Below are positions 13,832 to 25,242 of a stretch of 64,000 nt of DNA, in pieces (position 1 is the stretch's first letter; every line of letters begins with the position of its first letter). The translations under genes were made by a program, and so were the position numbers. The stretch is from Camelus ferus (lineage: Eukaryota): positions 100,504,001 through 100,568,000 of the forward strand of contig NC_045697.1 of assembly GCF_009834535.1 (NCBI RefSeq), in the 5' to 3' direction. The notes under the pieces were generated by a model. It was not told where the DNA came from and did not search any database. It worked only from the letters and a program-made list of their open reading frames with translations.

Positions 13832-14423
13832 TGTTAGCAGATAGAGGGACCCCAAATTGGAAAGCCGACCTAGTGAGCAGGCAACCCCCACTCCCGCCCA
13901 CTGTGGGTCCTTGCCCACCAATTGAGAAAGAATTCTCAGGGGAGTCAGAGGGACAAAGTGAAAAAGAGCTGCTTTATTGCTAAGAGAGAGAAAGGAAAGA
14001 AACCAAAAAAGAAAACACTCAAGCGGGTAGCCATCAGCCAGGTCAGACAGCTCCAGCCCCCTGTCAGGAGGCACGGTCTTTTATTGGAAGGCTCTGCCAT
14101 CAGTGTTTTCATTCTGGTGGTGCCAGTCATCTTTTGTTATGGGATCTTTCGTCCCATGGAGCTCAGCCCTAAGAAACAGAAACTTCAGTAGGAAAGAAAA
14201 GAACAAAGAAAGAGATACTGGGGTATGTCCTTGGGATTGGTGCAGCGTTTGTAGAACGTAAAATGTCTTGAATGGCTATGTCCTTGGAACCAAGGAGCCA
14301 GCTTCGGGATAAGAGAAACAACCTGTTTTTGTTTGTTTGTTCGTTTTTTTTAACAGGCTGACACCTTCTTTCCCTTGTTGTTAATCAGCCTAGGCCAGTC
14401 AGCCTGCCTAATCCCTTCTCTCA
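13832..14423 (-). mobile_element. ERV1-class solo LTR, 592 bp, 4-bp TSD
   Basis: TG...CA termini; TSD AAAG at 13828-13831 and 14424-14427; minus-strand AATAAA near 13975. Confidence 0.85.
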
Positions 14424-16643
14424 AAAGGAGGGATTATTGCACGTTTCCACTGAACTTCCAACAAGGAGCCCAGTGCTTTGCACATTGGCAAGCCCATAAT
14501 GCATATTTGTTGAGAGATGGGAGAGACTCAGGTATTTAAGATACTGGGGAGAAAACTCAGGCAGTGTAAAGCCTTTGAAGGCTTTCATGCCCAGCAGGGA
14601 TATTTGCTCTCAGGTAGGTGAGAAATTGATGTCTATTGACTTGATGAGTAAATCTGGAGAAGAGTTGGGGAGGGTAAGTGTGGCCCTCAGCTACCCAGTC
14701 TCTGGATGAAGGTAGCAGTTCCTGTTCAGAGGTGGGGTGTGTGCGTGAATTTGAGTGTGTGTATCTGTACACGTCTGTGCATTATCCAGGTGGATTTTCT
14801 CGTGGAATAGACTCAACTGTCCATTTGCATTTATTGTGTGCATCCAAATTATAGCAACATTTTTTCAAAGCATGATACGTTCAAGAACTATGTTTTTCTT
14901 TTTACAGTTTTGTTCTATACTTTCTGGCAAGTGATACTGGTTTTTCATGTACAGTAATGATGTATTTCCATCTTTAATAAATGTACTTGTGAATGTAAAT
15001 AAAATATTTAACATAAAAAATAAAATAGAAATGATACATGGAAATGCCCAGTATTTTAAAGGTGGTAAGAACATGACTGAAGTTTGGGAAATAAAACCTT
15101 GACAATTTTTTTTAGAAAACAAAAATATATTTTTACTCCTTAAAACTTCTCCCTAATTCTTAGCTACTGTCTATGAAAAGCAAGCTATGGACCCTGTTTT
15201 TTCTAGTTGTCATTCGATTCTAGGAAGGAAAAAAACCATTAGCAAAGGAAACAATTTACTTTTTACTTTTTTGTAAAATGGTCTTTACATCCTATAATTT
15301 CTATTAGTGCCATTAAAAATATTGTGACTTTGGAAAACTGAAAAGAAATAGACAGACAGAAATACATACAAAGAAACTGAGACAGACAGGAGATCCAGTC
15401 ATGTCTAGTATGATCGCCTAACTTTGCATCCATGATTTGTACAATTATCTCCTGCAAACCATGAATTTCAAGGACACTTTGGTCAGTCCTGATGACTAAA
15501 AAAACAACAGAAGTTGAACTCAAACTAGAGAAGCTCCTGTACCCTTTCACTTGTCAGTCTGAACTACTCAGAGGAAAAGAAAATAATTTCTTTTTTTGAT
15601 TACTTTCTGAAAGTTTCATGTCAGTCAATTCTTATTTCTGTTTTTAACTGAATGGTTCATCTTTGGTTAATTTACCAATTAAAACTTGCAGTGGGCCTTG
15701 GGGTGTCAGATCTCTGATATTTTATCAGATATCTAGATACTAAATTGTTTGTGTTATTTTCATAGCATCATGCTCCCAAGGAAGGCGGTGCAGATGATAG
15801 AGAAATTATCCTCATTCCCTGGCAAAAGGTTGGTGGAGGGGATCTAGTCCTAATTTCACACCTTGGCTTGGTTTAGAATACCTACACAAGGCATCTAGAT
15901 TGTTCCTTTCTTCACACATGCCAAAGATACAGCAAGCTTTTAGAGCACAGTCCACATATGAGTGATTTTATACCTCTCCACTTAGTTGAGACTCTGAAGA
16001 CACAACATGTTTTAGAAATTATCGTAATAATTATTAAGGTAATTAAAATAAATTATTTCTACTATGCAGTTGTATGTACCATACCTTTCTGAGACCAATT
16101 TATCATTCTTTGGCATCCAGTTACACTATACAAAAGGAAGAGAAGCAGCCAGTCAATTAAGCAAACAAGCGCAGTGTGTATTGTTTTATGGCACCCTTTT
16201 CTGACTGTGATTACAAAAGTACAGTGCCAGTAAGTTCAAATCTAATCAGAATAAATCAAAAACTTTTCAAGGGAGGTCAGAGAAGAATGCTCATGTTATT
16301 CTGGTTAAATTGTTTTTTTTTTTTTTTTAAGATCTGTTCAGTGTAGTGTATTGAATACACATGTCTTTAATCAACACCCCTATTATTTTATTACTTATGG
16401 TCTATAAACAGGAGATTAAATTATAAATAACACGGCTGGGCCAATAGCTAGTTCAAAACTCAGACAACTGCATGTTGAAACAACTCTACCAGGTGCAGGG
16501 CACAAATATCGAGCACCTAAAATGAAGTGATTTTGTAAGATGCTGCCTCATACCTAAAAACAAGGTGTCTAAGAGATCATAGATGTGGGTCAAGCAGTAT
16601 GATAAAGGCATGGGGTAAGGGAGAGACCAATTATAAATTTACA

Positions 16644-17139
16644 TCAGTGAACTTCTACGCCACCCTTTACAATCTTGTGTATTGTCAGTGCATGGTAAAT
16701 ATCCAGTTCCACAGGTCCAACTGGTTCATGCGAAACCCATCCAGTTTCCATGACAGTTGGCTCTCCTTGATGAATCTCAATTTCCACATTTGCTTTGGAT
16801 CCTCTGCAAGGGCCAAATACATGTTCGTCTTGGGCAGGTTTTTGCAACATTTTTACTGAATGGGATGGCAGGGTCTGCAGAGTGTTTAGATGCTGGCCAG
16901 GAGTTCTTGGCCTGTGATTATGGCAGGATTTCAGGACATCTTGGTAGGGCCCATTTCATCAAGATTCACCCGCCCAGTACTGTGTTAATTCTTCTATCAA
17001 TCAACATTGAACAGCAAATTGCTTGTTTGTAGCCTTCACAACATATTTTTGCCTCTTGGTTAAATGAACAGCAGCCAAAGAGATAATAAACACTATAATT
17101 GTCTGCCAAAAGGATGCTCTATACATCCAAATTGTTTTC
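16644..17139 (-). pseudogene. Probable terminal exon remnant (hydrophobic segment plus cytoplasmic tail)
   Basis: 165-codon frame 17138-16644 broken by only three TGA: KTIWMYRASFWQTIIVFIISLAAVHLTKRQKY...C*LIEELTQYWAGES**NGPYQDVLKSC...GGVEVH*. An overlapping frame gives FGCCSFNQEAK (helix-8-like). Confidence 0.45.
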
Positions 17140-18849
17140 CTAGGAATGTTATATTATATGAAAGTGTCATCGAGCAAGTTTTTCTCTAATAGTTACATGA
17201 AATAACTTTTTGTGGCAAGAGCTTGCTTTGCTATATCCAAAGTCACACATGCTTTTCTTCCCTACATTGTTTTAGAGTGATATTTTAGGTGGTTTGTAGA
17301 AGTCTTTCTGGACAGATCACTTGCTCATCTTATGTCTCTTTCTGATCTTTCTGAAAGTAACGAGAATAAAAGCATATACATTTCTAGGGACTAGTTTGTA
17401 AAGACTGTTCCTGAATTTGCTGAAGAAATAGAATCTTATTTGAAAATTATTGCAAAATAGAAATTGGTGATCTTTACTATTGCACTTCTACGTTCTTTAT
17501 ACAGTATGTTGTACAGTTTTTTCACTTACAAGCTTTAAGCAACAAAAATTAATTTAAGTGATACATATACTATTTTGAGTTACATAGCTAAAAATTCATG
17601 TTTTAAAGGCATAGCAGTATGAGGTTCTATGGAATACCTAAGCAAATTCTCATAATCATGGTGGAATCATAACGCAATATCATAATGGAGTCAACAATGA
17701 CCTGTTCGCACCTTGCTATTCTGACTTGCACTGATTTTATTTTTCCAAGTAGAAATTCTCTGTTACGGTCGATGCATTAGAAAGAAATGTCTGAGTCACT
17801 GGTGATAGATGTGGGCTAATGTTTATTTGTACTTGATTAACACTGGGATTCCAAAATTTAGAGATTCCTGATTTAACACGTTCATTAGAATTATAATACT
17901 GTTGGATCCAATTACTACCCAAAAAATTGCTGTGGGTTTTCCACAAAATTAGTAGAATAATTCATTTTGAGTTGTTTATTGGATTGTAAAAGTGCATCTG
18001 TATTATGGGCATTGATTGAGAAAGTTACTTTCATAGTAAAGCATTTGTTAAAGATAAATAGATAAATAAATAAATAAATAATAAAATTTTCTAGCTAGAA
18101 GGAGCCTGTGAAATCATCTACTCTAAAACATCGGCTTTACACGGGGGGATACTGAGACCCATATGGATTTAGCAAATTATTCAAGGTCACCCAGCTAGGC
18201 AGACCGAGAGTCAGAACCAAACCTCAGGCTCTGGTTAGCAGGGTTCATGGGCTATTGGTCAGCCAACCCCGGATTTTGTTTCTCATTTTGACAACAGACC
18301 TAGAACTGCTTCATTTCTTCATACATGAAGAAGTAGGGATAAATGATCTGTCCTGTGGGGCACCGTGCAGATTGAGCTGGTGAGGTGATGTACAGTAAGT
18401 GCCCAGCACCTTGTCTGGGACACTCAACATGCCCGACTTCCCTTCTTTCTAAAGCTTTTTGTAGAATAACCTGAGACACAAATGTTCTGCTTGGTGCACC
18501 TGCCACTTCCCACTGGTCAGTCTTTTATAATATAAGATTTCTAGCTATATTTATTGGTTTCTCTGAGTACCAGAACTTTAAGAATTTGATCTTTACCAAG
18601 CAATGTAAATCATACTTTTACCATTTGTGTTGTGTTGGATTTATCTCTTCCCAACTCTAAAATACAACCTCACAGTGACTTCCAAGAGCCTGTGAAGCTT
18701 CATTTTAGAGTTGGCACTGAAATTTAAATTATCTGAGATGATAACATACTGCTCACAGTCTAGTTTAAAAGTCCTGAGTGCTGTTATTCATTCCCTGGCT
18801 GTGAATTATGTAAAAGTCCTGAGATCACCAAGATAAAGTAAACTAAGAT

Positions 18850-19000
18850 GGTGTTTTAAGCACCATAGTTGTGGCTTGTGTTATTAAGAAAACAGAGATT
18901 TTTTCGGATCAGTTAAAAGTAAAAAACATTATTTTGTAAACAGCTGGCAGGAATGGCATGGGATATAGCCAGGCCCTGCTAGATAGAGTTGCCTTAGTAT
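18850..19000 (-). pseudogene. Exon remnant, TM6-TM7-like
   Basis: Acceptor gctttccttttcctag; TKATLSSRAWL...VYKIMFFTFN*SEKISVFLI aligns without gaps to TM7 'F.iFNSlQGffIFi' (TGA one change from TCA Ser, GAA one from CAA Gln). Confidence 0.5.
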
Positions 19001-19610
19001 CTAGGAAAAGGAAAGCTTTAGCAAATAAAAGGCAAACATTAAGGAGAACTGCCTAAATTCCAGGTACTCTTCTAGAGAAAACCAGCTCTCAGAGGATTAA
19101 GTTACATGACTCAAGCCCTACCCCAAATATAAGGCTAAAAGCTAAGATTAAAAAGAATTAGCATCTGACTCACAAAGCAGTGCCCATTTCTCTTGACCAA
19201 GTTTACTAAGTTTCCAGATCACCCCCTTTTGTGACTCCCTTTGCCAAGTATAAGTTCATAATTCAGTCTGAAATACTCTCAAATCAGAACTGAGAAGTCA
19301 TTGCAGAGTTACCATGAAAATGGCAATAGTAATTCTTCATTGCCCTTGACTTACGAGTTTTGAGCTGTAAATTATTAGTTGCTCTTGTTTTAAAGAAAAA
19401 TTAGGTCTTCAGATCAATTTGTTTGAGCTTTTGGTTGCTCAAATGGAATAAATAAAGCAGCTGGAATATGGCTTAGTCAGAATGGGCTGAGGAAGCTCCC
19501 GTCTCTAATGGACTGAGCTGTCATTCATGTCCTCAAGAAGGAAGTGTGATGACAGGAGTTCATTTTTCAAAAATAAAAATAAAAAATAAGATAAAATTAT
19601 GGTCCAGGTC

Positions 19611-20024
19611 TGTACTTGATAGGACTGTGGCAATAAATTGCCACAAATGTTGTGGGTGGCTTAGAAGAGCAGGTATTTGTCGTCTCACAGTTCTGGAGGC
19701 TGGAAGTCGGAAGTCGAGGTGCCAGCAGAGGTGGTTCCTTCGAGGGCTGTGAGAGAGAATCTATTTCATCCTCCTCCCTAGCTCCTGGTGGTTTGCTGAT
19801 AATCTTTGTCTTTCCTTGATTTGCAGCAATATAATTCCAGCCTCTCCCTATGTCCCCACGTAGTCTTCCCTGTGTTTGTGTTTGTGCCTCTTCACATGGC
19901 ATTCTTTTTATAACTAATTACATCTGCAATAGCCCAATTCCCAAATTCAGTCATGTTCTGAGGTGCTGGGGGTTAGGACTTCAACATAGATGCATTTTTT
20001 AACGGAACACAATTCAAGCCATAA
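19611..20024 (-). mobile_element. MLT1 (C/B-like) MaLR solo LTR
   Basis: gtctcacagttctggaggctggaagtc...gttctgaggtgctgggggttaggacttcaacata...caattcaagccata. Confidence 0.85.
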
Positions 20025-20639
20025 AAGGTTCTAAAAATTAAAAGTGAAATGTTGTGGCAGCACTGTCTGATGAATTTAGGTCAAGCTCAAAAGGAAAACA
20101 CTGATGCCTTAGAACGAAACGAATAGCATGGCTGTCTGCATAACTGGGACTGCAAGAGTCTGGATGATTAATCTGCGGGATGCAGGGCAAGGAAGAGGAA
20201 GGAAGTAGACAAAGGGGGAGTGAATAAGGAAGGAAAAGGAGGGAGACAAGAAGGAGAAAGAGGGCAGGAGAAGAAAGGGGTGATGGAAAAGGAGGAGAGG
20301 GTCCAGGAGAGACCACACAAGCCAACGCTCACTTTTGTAGCCCAGCTCAAATCCTGGTTCTAACTGTAGATCTGGATGGAGCCTGACTACTGAGTGCTTA
20401 TCTATTGAGCTATCATCCCAATTAAAGCTAGTTTATGAGTTTAATAATTGCTCACATCTTATGTCCACTCACTGAAGAGAAATGTGTCTTCAGAGTCCTT
20501 TTAAAATTAGGTTGCTTCTGCAGTTTCAGACCTACAGGAGCTTTTAATTTGGACCATTTGTTCCCTAGTAAAGAGAATTGGTCTTTTGTTCATACATGGA
20601 ACCCACAGCAGAAGTCACAATGTGCCCACTCCTGATATG

Positions 20640-20855
20640 AATTAGCTCAGTGGGACGTTAGGGCAAATACCAGTTGGGTGCTGGGAAGTTATTGTTTCTA
20701 CTACCTCAAAAATTAGAGATTAAAAATCTCTACTCATTTATCCAGTACATCTTTCTGCCAAAGCCTAATTAATTTTAGCAGTTTTCTCCCCCAGGACTTT
20801 GAATAGTAACTGTTTTAAAGCATCAAGGTCACACAACCTCTGGAAAATCAGGTCT
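20640..20855 (-). pseudogene. Exon remnant, TM4 / ECL2 / TM5-like
   Basis: One frame: DFPEVV...LGFGRKMYWINE*RFLISNF*GS, with the spacing of 'GfP..v...YG...CWL-x6-IW.F.GP' (TAC is one change from TGC). Confidence 0.4.
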
Positions 20856-21399
20856 GCCAATACACTTAATGATGATGTGGTTAAAGGACAGTTCATTATG
20901 GTTTTATTATTATAATATTTTATTATTATATGATTCTCAAGGATCAATGTATGTGAAGGACATTATGACTCATCAAGGACCAATGTATGTGAAGGAGAAC
21001 AATATAGATTAATTATTTTTTTTCTCTATTAAGATTAATATACAACATTTTGTATTGGATTTTGTTTACCAAGGTTGTTATTGGGTTTTTTTTCGTGTAT
21101 TATCTCAGTTCTTACTGCATCCCTGTAAGCAGTTGTTTTTACATCCCTTTCACGTGTAAAGAATCTGAGACTTATGAGTGATGGAGCCGACACTACAACT
21201 CTTGTCTGTCTTCTCATCTTTCCCTTTTTCCATTCACCTCACAGACTCAGCAGGGTATGAAGGATTCCCAGTTTTGTACCTGAATGCCCAGTTGTTGCTC
21301 TGAATATAAATTACATTAAAATTACACGAGAGAAAGTAATTAAACAAAGTGGAATGTGAGAAAGAGGAATCTGTCTATGACAGAGAGAGGATATCATGA

Positions 21400-21633
21400 A
21401 CATGATTCTACAGTGGAAGGGCTGCCTGCGCATCTTTACGGTAGGGCTGAAAGACATCTGTTGTAGAGTGAATTCCCTAGAGGACAGAGCAGAAGATTTT
21501 GAAACTGAGATGCAGCCACAAGCCTTCTTTCTCTCTGAACAGCCTCTTCCCATTTTATTTGCTGTAATATGTGTCACATTGCAGCATTTCCATGGTGATG
21601 TACTACAACATTATAAACACTAACCTAATCGGT
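21400..21633 (-). pseudogene. Exon remnant, TM2-TM3-like
   Basis: Strong acceptor ttctttgttccctgctcttcttcctacag; starts TD*VSVYN (cf. 'sdR..vh.N'); later in another frame EGLWLHLSFKIF (cf. TM3 end 'EGL.LY'). Internal deletion probable. Confidence 0.4.
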
Positions 21634-22029
21634 CTGTAGGAAGAAGAGCAGGGAACAAAGAACTTCCTGTTTACACAAAAATAACCTCTTAATCACCAGT
21701 TCTGAGAGAATTTAAAGGAAAATGAAAGAATATTGTGAAAGAGAATCTAAAGACTATATCTAATTTAAACACAAGGAACTACCGATCATTCAACTCATTG
21801 AAGGTCTTAGATGCAGTAGACAGGTCAGTTCTCAAATTCGGTAAATTTAACAATTGATTCTCAGCTCACTAGACATCATCTTTTCAATTCATTTGCAAAG
21901 TTTGAGGGATAATTACTTAGTGTTATTTTTAAGTGGCTTAGTGGAAAATATAAAGATGTTATAAGGCATAAAAAAATGTAAATCATCAACAATTAACAAC
22001 CACAAAACACCCCCCAAATCTCTGTCCTT

Positions 22030-22203
22030 TCTTAAAGGTTAACGTGCAGCCACTGCTTCCTTGAATTATTCACCACAAAATATCTTTGGGAAGCAAATTC
22101 CTGTAGTGCATGACTCAATCTGTAAAACTTAAGTACAACTGTCCTGTTATTCCTATATACCTTGAAGAAGAGAATCCTGGAAGATGAGATTTCTGTGTTT
22201 CCA
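22030..22203 (-). pseudogene. Exon remnant, TM1-like
   Basis: Acceptor ctatttcttttgttctgtttatag; ETQKSHLPGFSSSRYIGITG has the H-x8-YIG spacing of adhesion-GPCR TM1 starts (H..aL..itYIG). Confidence 0.4.
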
Positions 22204-22799
22204 CTATAAACAGAACAAAAGAAATAGTGTCTCAACTATAGCATAAGAAATTTTGATTGGAGGGGAAAAAAAAACCAAAGAAAACAAAGAAAATACTTCC
22301 TTAGAGTATTCTCGAGATTCTGGAATGGCTAACAGAGGCATATTGTAGCATCTTGTTATTTGAGCACATTAACTTGAGGCAGTTCTGCCTCAGGCTCTAA
22401 ACTCAAACAGAGCTGGGCTTGAATTCCTACTCCTGGACTTACCAGGTGTGCAACCCTTGGGAAAACCAAACTCTCCATGCCTTTGTTTCATCATTCATTC
22501 AATCATGGACCAAATGCTCATCAAGCAATACCAAGCAGGTGCTGCACAAGGTACTGGGGACATAGCAGTGGACAAAACCAAGTGCATCAAATAACACACT
22601 TGCCTTAGGTTATTTGCAAGGATTATAAATGAAGTATATATAATGTGTTAGCAGAGTTTCTGGTTATGATAATTATTATTAAAAGTGTGTATTTTCTCAA
22701 AGGAATAGGTAGCATTAGATTGGAGTTAAAAATCAGTGGGGATTTTTACTAATAGCCTGTGACAAGGGTTAGCTACCCTCTGTATCTCAAATAGAGCTT

Positions 22800-22987
22800 A
22801 GAGAAAAAATGAAATAAAGCTCCCTCGTCCCTAAAACACGCAGAAAATAACAGCAACAAACTCCAAAGTCTATGATCTGTCCTGGGACACTGAGCAATCA
22901 AAACGGTTCAGAGCCACATTGGAAGCCACTCGCTGTCTGTTCACCACCGGATATAATGAGTTACTGCTCTCCTCAATCTCTTCACTT
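22800..22987 (-). pseudogene. Possible exon remnant, GPS/Stachel-like
   Basis: ctctttcctaag acceptor; RW*TD...TVLIAQCPRTDH, then shifted TLEFVAVIF. Loosely 'W.T.GC...T.C.C.H.T.FAVL'; heavily decayed. Confidence 0.3.
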
Positions 22988-23503
22988 CTTAGGAAAGAGA
23001 ATGTTACTGATAAAAAGAAATAATAACCATTTGTGTGAATGTTTACGTCCCCCAAAGCATTAGCACAGAAATGTGGAGCTGAACAGTAAATTTAGGGACA
23101 GTTTGTCCACCTCATTAAAATTTAAAGAATTCTCTTGAAAAAGGATGTTCTTGGAATAGAGTAAAAATGAAAGCAGAAAAAGACCGAAACTTCTCTGTTG
23201 CCCCTTGAGATGTGAGCAACTTACTTATAATGGAATGGAACTTTGGAGTACACATCTGTTACTGGACAGGCAACAAGAGATCAGTTACCACAGTCCCTGC
23301 AAACGCAAGTGTGAACCACTGACACGTATGGAAACCTATCACAGAGTTAGGCCCTTAGACTTGCATGTGAAATCTGCTAGAGCTACTAACAGAGTGGAAA
23401 CACTGGACTTTTCTTCAGGTTATTACAGCTCCTGGCAGACTGTAAGTTTTGACAGTGTTATTTTTTTTCCCTCCCTCCCTTCCCTGTCTTTGCACACACT
23501 CTC

Positions 23504-23841
23504 CTGTGCAGGAAAAGATCCCAGAGAAGACAGCAGTAAATGAGTACTGCGTTTAACTTTGAAATCAGTCTCAAGGGCTCCTGTGCTAGGAGGTTGTGCA
23601 GCAAAAATAGCCACCAGGTATCATCCCACCATCCTGTTTGCTTTCTGAAAGGCTTGTTTGTGTCCAGTCCATCAGACCGGTCCTTCAGTTAATCTCATTT
23701 GGATGTGAAGGTGTTGAAAATCTTGAGTCTGAAGACTTTTAAGTCCATGTTTTATATTGAAGAGATCTGAGTTTCTAGCCCATGCTGATCAGGATAATAC
23801 AGATGGTCTGCATTAGGAAGTCATAACTCCCCTTTGAAAAT
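23504..23841 (-). pseudogene. Exon remnant, GAIN-B ending in CVFWD-like motif
   Basis: IFKGEL*LPN... then YLVAIFAAQPPSTGALETDFKVKRST and TGC-T-GTC-TTC-TC-TGG-GAT (23535-23518; C-V-F-W-D with small indels, CLLWD as read). Followed by cag|gagagt, a donor one base from gtgagt. Confidence 0.55.
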
Positions 23842-23857
23842 CTGTTTTAAAGCTGCT

Positions 23858-24350
23858 TCTATTATAACAGCACTATTTACAGTTGCCAAGGTATAGCAGC
23901 AACATAAGTGTCCTTCGATAGATGAATAGATAAAAAAGATGTGATATATATATAGATATATAAAGTGGAATAATACTCAGCCACAAAAAAAAGAACAAAA
24001 CTTTGCCATTTGCAGCAACTTGGATGGACTTGGAAGGCATTATGCTAAGTGAAATAAGTCAGACAAAGAAGACAAATACTGGATGATATTACTTATATGT
24101 GGAATCTGAAAAATACAACAAACTAGTGAATATAACAAAAAAGCAGCAGCCTCACAGATACAGAGAACAAACCAGTGGTTCCCAGTGGGGCGGGGAGGAG
24201 GGGCTGTATGGAGTGGGGGAGTGGGAGGTACAAACTACTGGGTGTGAGATAGGCCACTAGGATGCATTGTACAACATGGGAAATAGAGCCAGTGTCTTGT
24301 AACAATTGTAAATGGACTGTAACCTTCAAAAATTGTATAAAACATAAAGT
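23858..24350 (+). mobile_element. L1 3' end fragment
   Basis: gcactatttacagttgccaag...gcattatgctaagtgaaataagtcagac...aattgtaaatggactgtaaccttcaaaaattgta. Confidence 0.9.
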
Positions 24351-25172
24351 TACATGGATGGAAAGCAAAAAAAAGCTGCTTATGTTACTCATTGATACTA
24401 GAAATTAATGTTTTCAAAGACTGTTTACATCAGTGACAAATATTGCTGAGTTCAATTTAATGGAATGGAAATTGTTTAAAAAAGTTATAAAGGAGGGGAG
24501 ACTGATGTGTAAATTGAGTGAAATTATATTCAGACCAGCTCTCCCTAATATAGATACTCTACAGAAAAAAATTTTAAATGAGAAACAAACAACTGACCAC
24601 ACTTGCTAACATGGAATTGCCCAAATGTGGTTGAGATGAGGCCAAATTTAAACAGCCTGGCAGCTGTGCAGCCCGCGGTCTGCCCGCACGCACTGCCGAT
24701 ATGCTGGATTGCTTTGCGCTCCCTGAGGCTGATGTCTCCCAAGTGCTCCTCTTTCATGAACTGTCACCCTTTGTCCCTGCTTGGACAAGCGAACTTCCAC
24801 ATCCTTTCTATTCCTCACACTTGACCTCTTGACCCCTTAGTTATTTTTCTGTTTGTAGAAACAAATGAGACTAGGACAAAAAAGAAAGAGAAAGTTACAG
24901 TTTTTTAATTAAAAGATGTTCATTTTTTTCTCCCATTTTGTTAACTTCCTTAAAATGTAATGAGATAAACTTTTCAGAGCATAATATTTTACTCTATGAT
25001 TATGTATTTACTCCTCAATCAAGCAGTAGCTAATTACTGGAAATCTACTCTGTGTTAAGACATAGTAATGTATGATGAATTTAAACTTGAGAAAATTTTA
25101 AATTTTGGATTTTAACATTATGTCACCAAGAAATTGGATTTTAGTGAGTAATGCAGATCTGTGAAAGAGAGC

Positions 25173-25198
25173 AACACACACACGCACTCACACACACA

Positions 25199-25238
<40 letters not shown>

Positions 25239-25242
25239 CACA
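25173..25242 (+). repeat. Compound (CA)n microsatellite
   Basis: Direct reading. Confidence 0.95.

Noticed and set aside
16644..17138. Selenoprotein reading of the TGA-only interrupted frame
   Set aside because: No SECIS-like hairpin recognised downstream and no resemblance to known selenoproteins; CGA/TGG>TGA decay is simpler.
20937..20996. 24-bp direct repeat with a 12-bp spacer
   Set aside because: Only two copies, a local duplication in MIR-like sequence; not CRISPR-like or otherwise structured.
23225..23300. Alternative GPS exon (ttgcag|GGA CTG TGG..., GLW*..SCC)
   Set aside because: Could not be distinguished from chance and has no C.C.H continuation; left uncalled.
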